Below, piece after piece: positions 18,678 to 27,660 of a stretch of 64,000 nt of DNA; within the stretch, counting starts at the first letter, position 1, and each line of letters starts with the position of its first letter. The position numbers and the translations under genes were made by a program. This DNA is from a virus: IMG/VR virus record IMGVR_UViG_3300014039_000006; one strand, written 5' to 3'. Below the pieces are notes generated by a model. It was given only the letters and a program-made list of their open reading frames with translations. It had not been told where the DNA came from and did not search any database.

Positions 18678-19034
18678 ATGAAGATTATTGAGGGAAAAGA
18701 AAAAGAATACAAGGAATGGTACGACAAAAATAGCGATGCTTATAGCAGAGCATGTTTTACATTCGCAGAAAGATGGGCGGAACTTTTGGAAGAAAAAATA
18801 GACAACTCTTCCGATTGCCCGATGAAGGTAATTGTCGATAACGCAGAACAATTAAGTGACGAAGCAGACACAGAAGGAATCACGGGATTTATGTATGGTT
18901 GCGCTGTTAATATTCTCTCGAGAGAATGGGAATACGGCGATGAATTGAGAAGATGGCATAACGGAAAATACGATTATCAGGGCGAAGGAACTGTAAATCC
19001 GGCTATTCTTACGGTTGGTGGCAAAGATGATTAA
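18678..19034 (+). CDS. Hypothetical protein
   Basis: 118-aa ORF in the array. Confidence 0.5.
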   Translation: MKIIEGKEKEYKEWYDKNSDAYSRACFTFAERWAELLEEKIDNSSDCPMKVIVDNAEQLSDEADTEGITGFMYGCAVNILSREWEYGDELRRWHNGKYDYQGEGTVNPAILTVGGKDD

Positions 19035-19731
19035 TCTGAAATGCCTATCTTCCGGAAGTAAAGGGAACTGCTATCTTCTGGAAGCTGATAACGGAGAAGT
19101 GCTTATCATTGATGCCGGAATACCAATCATGGATATTAAGCGTGGTCTGAACTGGAATGTAAGAAGTGTAGTCGGTGCGGTTGTTACGCACCGGCACACA
19201 GACCACAGTAAAAGCATTGATGATTTACGTCACATGGGAATAAGGGTTGTTGCACCGTATGAATCCGGAAATGTAAAGTCCATGAGTTTTTCGATGGGAA
19301 GTTTCAAGATGCAGGCTTTTGATGTTCCACATAACGGTTGTTGGAATAACGGATTTTTGATTAAGACTCCGGACGGACAGAAAATCTTGTATATGACCGA
19401 TTTGGAGTATTGCCCGTATTCTTTCCGGAAGCAGAGCGTAGACCATATGCTTATCGAGTGCAATTACATGAAATCACTGGTTGATACGGACGCTCCGAAT
19501 TATGTTCACAAGATTCGAGGTCACTGTGAACTGGAAACGACAAAAGGAATCGTCAAAGAGAACGCAACAAATAGCCTTGTAAACGTTATATTGTGTCATT
19601 TGGGGCGTGATACTTGCGAAGAGGACAAAGTTATCGAAGAAGTAAAAAAGATCGTTCCTAAAGCCAATGTGGACGTTGCAAAAGTCGGTAAGGAATGGAT
19701 TTTAAGAAAGGGCGGTGAGTGTCCGTTTTGA
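19015..19731 (+). CDS. Metallo-beta-lactamase-fold hydrolase
   Basis: HxHxDH motif in VVTHRHTDHSKS. 238 aa. Confidence 0.75.
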   Translation: MVAKMINLKCLSSGSKGNCYLLEADNGEVLIIDAGIPIMDIKRGLNWNVRSVVGAVVTHRHTDHSKSIDDLRHMGIRVVAPYESGNVKSMSFSMGSFKMQAFDVPHNGCWNNGFLIKTPDGQKILYMTDLEYCPYSFRKQSVDHMLIECNYMKSLVDTDAPNYVHKIRGHCELETTKGIVKENATNSLVNVILCHLGRDTCEEDKVIEEVKKIVPKANVDVAKVGKEWILRKGGECPF

Positions 19732-19900
19732 GTACTTGGATTTCTATTTTTGATGCAATATCAATAGTGATAGATAGTCTTTGTGTATCATTTTGGTATT
19801 TGCAGTTTAAGAAAGAACAATCACAAAAAAATTTGTTTTGGCTTATTGTGTGTTCGGTATTATTGATAAAAACAATTATTTGAAAGCGAGGTAAAACGCA

Positions 19901-20332
19901 ATGAATAAAGTAATTATATGTGGAAGACTTGTCCGTGATCCGGAAGTGAGATATTCACAGGGAGAAAAGTCAACGGCTATCGCAAGGTACACGGTAGCGG
20001 TAGACCGGAAATTTAAAAAAGACGGAGAACAGAGCACAGATTTTATTAGCTGCATTGCTTTTGGAAAGCCGGCTGAATTTGCGGAAAAGTATCTCCGCAA
20101 GGGAATTAAGATGCTGATTGTCGGTCGCATTCAGACCGGAAGTTACACAAACAAGGACGGTCAGAAAGTCTACACGACAGACGTTGTTGTTGAGGAACAG
20201 GAGTTTTCAGAAAGCAAAAATTCTTCTCAATCTGCAAATCAGAACACGCAAGCACCTCCCGTTGGCGAATCTACTGGCGATGAATTTATGAGCATTCCGG
20301 ACGGAATCGACGAAGAACTACCATTTAACTAA
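19901..20332 (+). CDS. ssb: Single-stranded DNA-binding protein
   Basis: MNKVIICGRLVRDPEVRY...FISCIAFGKPAEFAEKYLRKG and an acidic C-terminal tip DEELPF. Confidence 0.9.
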   Translation: MNKVIICGRLVRDPEVRYSQGEKSTAIARYTVAVDRKFKKDGEQSTDFISCIAFGKPAEFAEKYLRKGIKMLIVGRIQTGSYTNKDGQKVYTTDVVVEEQEFSESKNSSQSANQNTQAPPVGESTGDEFMSIPDGIDEELPFN

Positions 20333-20344
20333 GGAGTGTGCGAT

Positions 20345-20731
20345 ATGAAGAAAAAGGAACTTGCATATACCATGCTTCAAGGTGGCGCATCCATTAATGA
20401 AGTAGCTGAAAAGACAGGATTCAGTAAAGTCTACGTTAGGGAAATAAGAAGAAGTGCCATTCCTAAAATTACAATTTCGGATTATGAAGACAAAATTTGT
20501 TCCATGAGAGAAGAGGGAAAAACATATGAAGAAATCGGCAGAGAAATCGGATATAGCGAATCGACAATCAAAAACTTTTTGCAGAAAGTCAGACAGGAAA
20601 GGAAGATCGTAGAAAACGCCCAGGAAGAAAGGAATCTTACATACGCTTCCAATAAACCTCCGAGAAGTTACCGGGTTTCCTATCATGGGAAACGGTATCT
20701 TTGCGAAAATGAGTTTTATATTCCGAGATAA
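20345..20731 (+). CDS. HTH DNA-binding protein (two sigma-70 region 4-like HTH units)
   Basis: GASINEVAEKTGFSKVYVREI and TYEEIGREIGYSESTIKNFLQKV. Confidence 0.55.
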   Translation: MKKKELAYTMLQGGASINEVAEKTGFSKVYVREIRRSAIPKITISDYEDKICSMREEGKTYEEIGREIGYSESTIKNFLQKVRQERKIVENAQEERNLTYASNKPPRSYRVSYHGKRYLCENEFYIPR

Positions 20732-20743
20732 TGGAGGTTTTTG

Positions 20744-20923
20744 ATGAAAACAAGAATTGGACGTTTGAAAATTGGAGATTGCTTCACTTGTGATGGAATT
20801 ATGTACAAAATAATTTCATTAGAAGAAAATCTAAGCGGATATGTTGTTTGCCGCGATCTGGAAATCGGTAAGATGTGGCTTTTTCAGATTGATGAAAAAG
20901 TTGAAGCGGTTATATTAAGGTGA
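20744..20923 (+). CDS. Hypothetical small protein
   Basis: GGAGG SD. Confidence 0.45.
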   Translation: MKTRIGRLKIGDCFTCDGIMYKIISLEENLSGYVVCRDLEIGKMWLFQIDEKVEAVILR

Positions 20924-20938
20924 TTGGAGGAAAAGAAA

Positions 20939-21505
20939 ATGAAGGTAAAAAGAACAGTAACAATGAAAGTTAGCAATTTTGAGGTTGGCGATCGGATCAC
21001 CGTAAAACTTTCTGGATATGGGAAGTTTACGGCTACGGCACACGAGATCACAGACAAGGGAACACTATTTATCTTTGATGATTGTGTTTGTGAAAGACAA
21101 ATGAACGAAGAAAATACGAATGAAGGTGGATATTTGGAATCAGACCTTAGAAAGTTTGTGGCACAGGATCTGTTAAAGGCATTTCCGGATAAACTTTTGG
21201 AGAGAATGGCAAAGGACGATAACGGAGATCTACTTTCCATTCCGACCTACGGACAGGTTTTGGGTAAAGACTGGGACGATGAGTGGGATGAGAAAAACAT
21301 TGAGATCGACAAGAGAGAACAATTGCCACTGATGCAGAAAAGAAAGAACCGGATTGCAGATTTACAAAACGAATGGACATGGTACTGGTTGCAAAATAAA
21401 GTCCTGTCGTCGTCTGCCTTCGCCGGTGTCGGCGGCGATGGCTATGCCGGCTACGCCGGCGCGTCCGACTCCGGCGGGGTTCGCCCAGCTTTCCTAATCA
21501 AGTAA
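20939..21505 (+). CDS. DGR target protein 2 (remote VR; paralogue of 27084..27653)
   Basis: C-terminus WYWLQNKVLSSSAFAGVGGDGYAGYAGASDSGGVRPAFLIK is encoded by VR2. TTGGAGGA SD before the ATG at 20939. Confidence 0.85.
   Translation: MKVKRTVTMKVSNFEVGDRITVKLSGYGKFTATAHEITDKGTLFIFDDCVCERQMNEENTNEGGYLESDLRKFVAQDLLKAFPDKLLERMAKDDNGDLLSIPTYGQVLGKDWDDEWDEKNIEIDKREQLPLMQKRKNRIADLQNEWTWYWLQNKVLSSSAFAGVGGDGYAGYAGASDSGGVRPAFLIK
21401..21486 (+). repeat. DGR variable region VR2
   Basis: Colinear with TR. All 22 internal mismatches are at TR adenines. Confidence 0.9.
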
Positions 21506-21512
21506 TCATTAA

Positions 21513-21535
21513 TCCACGCCCCGTGTGGGCGTGGA
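21513..21535 (+). promoter_or_regulatory. GC hairpin downstream of VR2
   Basis: TCCACGCCC-CGTGT-GGGCGTGGA, identical to the copy after VR3. Confidence 0.65.
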
Positions 21536-21565
21536 AATGGAAGTAAATTAAAGGAGTGACAAGAA

Positions 21566-21808
21566 ATGAAAATTGAATGTTTGGATTTAAGACCTTGTAA
21601 ATATGATGGAAAAAACTATCTTTTTCATTGTTGGGAGCATTTTTCAGAGATTGTGGAACCATCACCATTGATGGGAGGACATTGTGGTGGAGTAGTTGGT
21701 TGTACTTTTGGAATTGTGGAAGATGAAAACGGAAAAGTTTTTCGGGTTCCAGCCTACGAAATTACATTTACTGATAACAAGTTTAGAGAATATTGTTTTG
21801 TGGATTAA
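21566..21808 (+). CDS. Hypothetical protein
   Basis: AAAGGAG SD. Confidence 0.5.
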   Translation: MKIECLDLRPCKYDGKNYLFHCWEHFSEIVEPSPLMGGHCGGVVGCTFGIVEDENGKVFRVPAYEITFTDNKFREYCFVD

Positions 21809-21830
21809 ATTAAAGGAGTGAAAATAAAAG

Positions 21831-21998
21831 ATGAATGAAAATTATTACAAGAATATGCCGGAAGACTTCCGGAAAGCGGTAGCGGTAATCAAGGATTACT
21901 GCCAGAATGAAGAATGTGCAGCAGACTGTGAATGTGACAACTGTCCGTATCCGTTAAGCATGATACGGTGTGGGGATCGTTTAAAGGAAGTAAATTAA
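21831..21998 (+). CDS. Hypothetical Cys-rich small protein
   Basis: 55-aa ORF not in the track (MNENYYKNMPEDFRK...CQNEECAADCECDNCPYP), with an AAAGGAG SD. Confidence 0.45.
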   Translation: MNENYYKNMPEDFRKAVAVIKDYCQNEECAADCECDNCPYPLSMIRCGDRLKEVN

Positions 21999-22015
21999 AG
22001 TTTAGGAGGACAAAC

Positions 22016-22342
22016 ATGCAGGAAGCGTTTAAAAGAATTCTGTCAAAGCTTGAGGGAATAGAAGTACACTGTTTAGAAATGAGTGATTGGCAAGGACAGA
22101 ATGCGATTGAAAGTGCTATTGAAATTGTCAAACAGGAACAACAAAGTTACATTGGAAATTGGATTCCATGTAGCGAAAGGCTCCCTGATAAAGAAGGAAG
22201 CTATTTGGTTGTAGGAAAGACAGGCGGTGCCGTTGTTACAAGATGGTATGCACCAAGCAAATATTATCCGAATGGTCATTTCGGTGGAAATTGTGCAGAT
22301 TACATCAGATATTGGATGCCAAGACCGATAGCACCAGAATAA
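22016..22342 (+). CDS. DUF551-type phage protein
   Basis: WIPCSERLPDKEGSY motif. TAGGAGG SD. Confidence 0.6.
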   Translation: MQEAFKRILSKLEGIEVHCLEMSDWQGQNAIESAIEIVKQEQQSYIGNWIPCSERLPDKEGSYLVVGKTGGAVVTRWYAPSKYYPNGHFGGNCADYIRYWMPRPIAPE

Positions 22343-22381
22343 AAAGCGGAACTAAACTGAAATTTAGGAGGAATAATAAAA

Positions 22382-22582
22382 ATGGCAAAATACACTGTAT
22401 ATGGAAACTATATCTTTCCATGCGTTTTGGGTGAATATGAAGCTGATTCACAGGAAGAAGCTATTCAAATGGCATTAGACGATGCAGAACCCGATATGGG
22501 ATTATGTTATACCTGTTCCAGAAAATTTTCGGATAGTGGAATGCTTGATGAAGAATCTTGCACAGCAGAAATTGAAGATTAA
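22382..22582 (+). CDS. Hypothetical protein
   Basis: TAGGAGG SD. Confidence 0.5.
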   Translation: MAKYTVYGNYIFPCVLGEYEADSQEEAIQMALDDAEPDMGLCYTCSRKFSDSGMLDEESCTAEIED

Positions 22583-22594
22583 CGGAGGTAAACC

Positions 22595-22900
22595 ATGAAA
22601 TATGTAATTGAATTAGAACCAATCAAGGGAACAAACCTTTATAAGGCGAAAGGATTTAACACACTGGTGTTTGATGAGTACGGATTGCAACAGCTTACAC
22701 CGTATGAGGTCATTAGATTACCCCGAATTGGAGATACCATAAGAAACGAGAACGGAACAGCACTTTATGAGTTCAGAGGTTATGACAAAAATGGAAGAAT
22801 CAATGCGGTAAATAAATCGAGTGGAAGGTTTGCAAATTTAAGCAGAGACCATATCGTCGTTGTAGACGATAAAACTAATCCGGAAAAAATAGAGTGCTAA
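22595..22900 (+). CDS. Hypothetical protein
   Basis: GGAGG SD. Confidence 0.5.
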   Translation: MKYVIELEPIKGTNLYKAKGFNTLVFDEYGLQQLTPYEVIRLPRIGDTIRNENGTALYEFRGYDKNGRINAVNKSSGRFANLSRDHIVVVDDKTNPEKIEC

Positions 22901-22916
22901 AGGAGAACGATGCAGA

Positions 22917-23501
22917 TTGAGTTATCAAGATATAAGAAAGCAAAAGGCGATAGAGCAGAAGAACCGGAAACGACTGTTGGAAGTGAATGGGAGCCTTGAT
23001 GATAGTAGCGGAATTTACTTTTTGACACGAACGGACGAAAACGGCATTAAATACGCCTACATCGGACAGGCAAAGCACATTCTCACAAGGCTTGCACAGC
23101 ACCTTGTCGGTTATCAGCATATCGACCTCTCGTTGAAGTCTCATGGTTTGTATTCTGTTGATAATATTTACGGTTGGAAGATTGGGTTTCTGCATTTTCC
23201 GTTAGAAAAACTGGACGAAAAAGAACAATATTACATAAGGCAGTATGCAGTGAATGGTTATCAGCTTCGGAACAAAACCGGTGGCGGTCAAGGAAAAGGG
23301 AAAGAGAAGATTGACGAATACCGACCGGTGAAAGGCTACTATGACGGATTGAAACAAGGTAGAAAGAACCTTGCGAGGGAATTGTCCTGTATCATTGAAA
23401 AACACCTTGTTATTTCTTTGAAAGCGGAGAAACAGGGAAATAAGGTTTCACAGAAGCAGTACGAAAAGTTTATGGATTTGCTAAAGGTTGGTGATGAGTG
23501 A
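22917..23501 (+). CDS. GIY-YIG nuclease-domain protein
   Basis: GIYFLTRTDENGIKYAYIGQAKHILTRLAQH. TTG start after AAAGGAG. Confidence 0.65.
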   Translation: MSYQDIRKQKAIEQKNRKRLLEVNGSLDDSSGIYFLTRTDENGIKYAYIGQAKHILTRLAQHLVGYQHIDLSLKSHGLYSVDNIYGWKIGFLHFPLEKLDEKEQYYIRQYAVNGYQLRNKTGGGQGKGKEKIDEYRPVKGYYDGLKQGRKNLARELSCIIEKHLVISLKAEKQGNKVSQKQYEKFMDLLKVGDE

Positions 23502-23624
23502 CATAGAAGAAATCCAAGGTAAAAGAGAGTATTGCAAGCGAAAAGAAGATCAAGCTGATTAAGAAAAAATAAAGAAAGGAATAAGGTTGTGCGCACATAA
23601 AACCATGGTTTCCTTTCGAGAGAA

Positions 23625-24461
23625 ATGAAAAAATTAAAATGCGAAATTTACAGAGATTCAATGCAAAACTACAAGAAATATGCAATCCCTCCGGCACAGC
23701 TTATTATTGCCGATGTCCCTTACAATGTAGGGAATAACTTCTACGGAAGCAACCCTATGTGGTATCAAGGTGGGGACAATAAAAACGGAGAAAGCAAACT
23801 TGCCGGAAAAGCCGCTTTTAATTCAGACTTCAACTTTAATCTTTATGAGTATTTTCATTTTTGTTCAAAAATGCTTAAGAAAGAGCCTAAGAAATCCAGC
23901 GTAAGAGGTAGAAGTTCAGAAGCACCATGCATGATTGTATTTTGTTCTTTTGAACAGATGTACACATTGATTGAAGCGGCTAAAAAGCACGGATTTGTTC
24001 ATTACATACCACTTGTATTTGTCAAAAATTACAGTCCGCAAGTATTAAAAGCAAATATGAGAATTGTGGGAGCTACGGAATATGCCCTTGTGCTTTACAG
24101 GAATAAGTTGCCGAAATTTAGAAACGGTGCGAAGTTTGACGAAGAAGGTAAAACCATTCGTGGAACTGGAAAGATGATCTTTAACTGGTTTTCATGGGAG
24201 AAAGACGGAAAAGATATTCCGAAAATTCATCCGGCACAGAAACCAGTAGTGGTACTAAAGAAGCTAATCGAGATTTTTACAGACGAAGGAGATGTTATTA
24301 TAGACCCTTGTTGTGGAAGCGGAAGCACGTTAAGAGCCGCAACAGAAATGGGTAGAAGTGCTTTTGGATTTGAAATTGACCGGAATTTCTATCAAAGAGC
24401 CAAAGAAGAAATGCTTAATTTTGAAAAAGAAAATCAAATGAGCATATTCGATTATGAATAA
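23625..24461 (+). CDS. DNA methyltransferase (N6-A / N4-C, beta class)
   Basis: Motif IV IADVPYN precedes motif I IDPCCGSGSTLRAA. Confidence 0.8.
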   Translation: MKKLKCEIYRDSMQNYKKYAIPPAQLIIADVPYNVGNNFYGSNPMWYQGGDNKNGESKLAGKAAFNSDFNFNLYEYFHFCSKMLKKEPKKSSVRGRSSEAPCMIVFCSFEQMYTLIEAAKKHGFVHYIPLVFVKNYSPQVLKANMRIVGATEYALVLYRNKLPKFRNGAKFDEEGKTIRGTGKMIFNWFSWEKDGKDIPKIHPAQKPVVVLKKLIEIFTDEGDVIIDPCCGSGSTLRAATEMGRSAFGFEIDRNFYQRAKEEMLNFEKENQMSIFDYE

Positions 24462-24511
24462 ATATATTCTAACTGGAATAAGAAAATTCACGGAACTTGA
24501 AAGGAGTAAAA

Positions 24512-25075
24512 ATGCCAAAACATTATGATGATCCACAGGAAATTGCAAGAATGATGGTGGAATTGAAACGTTTACGGCAGACGGCGCAGAGAAGTCCGTT
24601 TACCGGATTGCTTACCATTTTCTGCTATGTCCTTTGGAAAGATTACAAATATAGCCAAACAAAACTTGCGAAATTCTGTGAGGACTTTTCAAAGTACGAT
24701 GCAGAATATGACGGACAGAATATTTCCGAACTTGATAACGGGTTATGGGATTATGCCGATTGGAAAGTGGAATTTACGCCGTATACTGAAAAGGATTATC
24801 CGTTTTACAAGTCCCCTATGGCACAGAAAGTAGTACGGGAACAGGTGAAAGCCAACAACGAAATTAATGAGAAAGCGACGAGGTATTTAACCTACGGATT
24901 TACGGTTTTGATGAATGACGGAACGAAGAAACAGAAGTTGACAAACATCAAAGATAAAATCCAGAAGCGCATTGATGAAGTGACCGCCGATGAAAGAGAC
25001 AAGTGCATCATGGATTTGTGGAAAGAGTTGGTTGACGAAGCCGGAATTTACATTGAGAAACCGGTGATCGATTAA
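24512..25075 (+). CDS. Hypothetical protein
   Basis: AAAGGAG SD. Confidence 0.5.
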   Translation: MPKHYDDPQEIARMMVELKRLRQTAQRSPFTGLLTIFCYVLWKDYKYSQTKLAKFCEDFSKYDAEYDGQNISELDNGLWDYADWKVEFTPYTEKDYPFYKSPMAQKVVREQVKANNEINEKATRYLTYGFTVLMNDGTKKQKLTNIKDKIQKRIDEVTADERDKCIMDLWKELVDEAGIYIEKPVID

Positions 25076-25094
25076 AGGAAAGGAGTTGTTATGA

Positions 25095-25790
25095 GTGAAA
25101 GGAAAACGAACGTTTGACATAAAGCTTGTTAGTTCCGACACTTTTCTTAATATGCCGATATCTGCACAATGTTTATTCTTCCACCTTTGCATCAGGGCAG
25201 ACGATGAAGGATTTGTTGACCGTGTAAAAAGCATTATAAAACAGTGCGGTGCTACGGATGAAGATTTGGAAGTGTTGAAGAAAAAGAGATACGTTCTTAC
25301 ATTTCCAGAATCGAATGTCATCGTGATTAAACACTGGAAACTTCACAATCTGATTGACAAGGACGAGTTTGAATCTACGGTATATGCCGAGGAAAAGTCA
25401 AAACTGTACGAAAAAGAGAACGGTGCTTATACCTTTGATTCACGCAAGGCTGAAAAGTTGAGTGACAAATTGAATATTGGTGAAAGAAAAACTCAATTAG
25501 ATACCGTAAAAGAAGTGATTTCCTATTTAAACGAGAAATGCGGTACGAAATACCGTTACTCCACGCTTGCTAATCAGAGAGGAATCGTTGCAAGGCTTAA
25601 TGAGGGAAATTACACCGTTGAAGATTTTAAGGCAGTGATTGATAAAAAGGTGGCTGATTGGGGAAATAACCCTACAATGTGCACCTATTTACGACCGGAA
25701 ACTTTGTTCGGAAACAAGTTTGAAAGCTATCTTAATCAGTTATCTTCTTCCGGAAAAACTGAATTTGACGAATGGGGTGATTGCCGTTGA
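25095..25790 (+). CDS. Replisome organizer / DnaD-like phage replication protein
   Basis: C-terminal VISYLNEKCGTKYRYSTLANQRGIVARLNEGNYTVEDFKAVIDKKVADW...YLRPETLFGNKFESY (phage conserved C-terminal / DnaD-like repeat). Confidence 0.7.
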   Translation: MKGKRTFDIKLVSSDTFLNMPISAQCLFFHLCIRADDEGFVDRVKSIIKQCGATDEDLEVLKKKRYVLTFPESNVIVIKHWKLHNLIDKDEFESTVYAEEKSKLYEKENGAYTFDSRKAEKLSDKLNIGERKTQLDTVKEVISYLNEKCGTKYRYSTLANQRGIVARLNEGNYTVEDFKAVIDKKVADWGNNPTMCTYLRPETLFGNKFESYLNQLSSSGKTEFDEWGDCR

Positions 25791-26413
25791 CACGTGATGA
25801 AACAATAGAAATTTTGATGATGGTTCAAGCCGCTTACCCGAATTTTAACGTACCGGACAAAAAAGTCACGGTCAACACATGGTTTCTCTTCTTTGAGAAT
25901 TACTCGGTTGATGTGATTAAGGGAGCATTAATGGCATACATCACAAGTGATAAGAACGGATTCGCTCCGGCAATCGGACAGATTATCGAAATTGCAGAGT
26001 CCATGACAAACGCACAGGAACTTGACAGTATGGCGGCGTGGTCTCTTGTCAGTAAGTCATTGCGAAATGGATATTATCACGCAAGGGAAGAGTTTGAAAA
26101 ACTGCCGAAACTGGTACAACAAGCGGTCGGAAGTCCGGACAATCTTCGAAATTGGAGTACATCGGATTATAGTGCTATCGAAACTGTGATCCAGAGCAAC
26201 TTCTTACGGTCTTACCGGATATGCGTTGAACGTGACAAGAAAATGCGTTGTATGCCGGAACAAATCAGAAACCAGATCGAAAACAATATACCTGTTTTTC
26301 ATCTTCCGGAATCAGAACCGAAACCGATGATTGAGCAAAATAAAACGGACGGAATTTCAGAAAAAACGGAAAAGTTGCTGGAAGAGTTTAAAAGAAAGGA
26401 AATGATGAATTGA
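25781..26413 (+). CDS. G39P-like helicase loader/inhibitor-domain protein
   Basis: TIEILMMVQAAYPNFNVPDKKVTVNTWFLFFENYSVDVIKGAL resembles the SPP1 G39P family. Confidence 0.5.
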   Translation: MPLTRDETIEILMMVQAAYPNFNVPDKKVTVNTWFLFFENYSVDVIKGALMAYITSDKNGFAPAIGQIIEIAESMTNAQELDSMAAWSLVSKSLRNGYYHAREEFEKLPKLVQQAVGSPDNLRNWSTSDYSAIETVIQSNFLRSYRICVERDKKMRCMPEQIRNQIENNIPVFHLPESEPKPMIEQNKTDGISEKTEKLLEEFKRKEMMN

Positions 26414-26820
26414 TGAAAGATTATTGTATTTTCCACGAACGAATGAAAAGCAGAATGAATCTTTGTTGTATGACCGGAAGAGAACTTTCCGAAAAGACGG
26501 GAATAACAGAAGTTTCAATAAGCAGATATTTAACAGGGCAAAGAGTTCCAAAAGCGACAGAAATAATAAAAATTGCAAATGCTTTGAATTGCTCTTGTGA
26601 TTATCTTTTAGGGAAAAATCCGAAGAAAAATTTATCCATCAAAGAAGCTATCAACATTCTTGAATTAAATAGACCTTTTGAAGAAAATGAACTTCAAAAT
26701 GCGCTTGATATTGCGATCGAATCGTTAAAAATGCAAATAAAAATGGAAAAAGAATGTTCTACTTATGATGAGTGCCGCAAGTGTAATATTTGCCTTAGCG
26801 ATTTCATTATAGAAAAGTGA
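26410..26820 (+). CDS. XRE-family HTH protein
   Basis: MTGRELSEKTGITEVSISRYLTGQRVPKATEIIKIANALNCSCDYLLG. Confidence 0.7.
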   Translation: MMKDYCIFHERMKSRMNLCCMTGRELSEKTGITEVSISRYLTGQRVPKATEIIKIANALNCSCDYLLGKNPKKNLSIKEAINILELNRPFEENELQNALDIAIESLKMQIKMEKECSTYDECRKCNICLSDFIIEK

Positions 26821-26862
26821 ATGAACGGAAACATGAATATCCAGTATTGAGAAAGGATCCTT

Positions 26863-27066
26863 ATGAAGCAAACATTCATAGTAAGAATTAAAACTAATCA
26901 CAAAAGTTTTAACAAATGGATTAAAGAACATGATAAGACAGTAAGAGAAAAAGTACTCGATGATGCGATTCTTTATTTTGAGAAGCACGCACACGAGGTA
27001 TACGACCATGTGAGCGCAAGGGATTTTATTTGCGACAGGTTGGAAGAACTTAAAAACAAAAATTAA
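26863..27066 (+). CDS. Hypothetical protein
   Basis: AAAGGA SD. Confidence 0.45.
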   Translation: MKQTFIVRIKTNHKSFNKWIKEHDKTVREKVLDDAILYFEKHAHEVYDHVSARDFICDRLEELKNKN

Positions 27067-27083
27067 GAATGGAGGAATTTAAA

Positions 27084-27653
27084 ATGAAAGCATGGAGAAA
27101 AGTAAAAATGGAGATCAAAAACTATGAGGTCGGAGATCAGATCGCGGTGAAACTCAAAGGCTTCGGAAAATTTACTGCAACGGCACAGAGAGTTTATGAC
27201 GATGGAAAAACGCTGTTTCTTTTCGATAACTGCGTTGCAGAACGGCAGATGAACGAAAACGGTTCAAATTCCGGAGGTTTTTATGAATCCGACTTATGCA
27301 AGTGGATGAATACAGAATTGGTGAAAACTTTTCCCACTAAACTTCTTGACCGCATGATTTATACGAACGAAGAACATGAATGCCTGCTTCGAATTCCGAC
27401 AAGAAAGGAAATGTTCGGAGAAGATGAATATAGTCAATATTACGAACCGGATAACGAGGAACAATTTGAACTTATGAAAGACAGAAAAAACCGTGTTTGT
27501 TCTCTTCCTGATGATGAATATGCATGGTATTGGTTGATGAATGCGCATCTCCGGTCGTCGTCTTACTTCGCCCCTGTCAGCGCCAGTGGCCGTGCCAACG
27601 GCTTCGGCGCGTCCAGCTCTGGCGGGGTTCGCCCGGCTTTCCTAATCAAGTAA
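27084..27653 (+). CDS. DGR target protein 3 (remote VR; paralogue of 20939..21505)
   Basis: C-terminus WYWLMNAHLRSSSYFAPVSASGRANGFGASSSGGVRPAFLIK is encoded by VR3. The N-terminal ~140 aa align with target 2. Confidence 0.85.
   Translation: MKAWRKVKMEIKNYEVGDQIAVKLKGFGKFTATAQRVYDDGKTLFLFDNCVAERQMNENGSNSGGFYESDLCKWMNTELVKTFPTKLLDRMIYTNEEHECLLRIPTRKEMFGEDEYSQYYEPDNEEQFELMKDRKNRVCSLPDDEYAWYWLMNAHLRSSSYFAPVSASGRANGFGASSSGGVRPAFLIK
27548..27635 (+). repeat. DGR variable region VR3
   Basis: Colinear with TR. 20 mismatches are at TR adenines, plus one C->T at 27620. Confidence 0.9.
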
Positions 27654-27660
27654 TCATTAA

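Noticed and set aside
19728-19883. 51-aa two-TM ORF (TTG start) between the MBL gene and ssb
   Set aside because: It has a non-ATG start and no clear SD. It could be a real small membrane protein, but the sequence alone does not support it.
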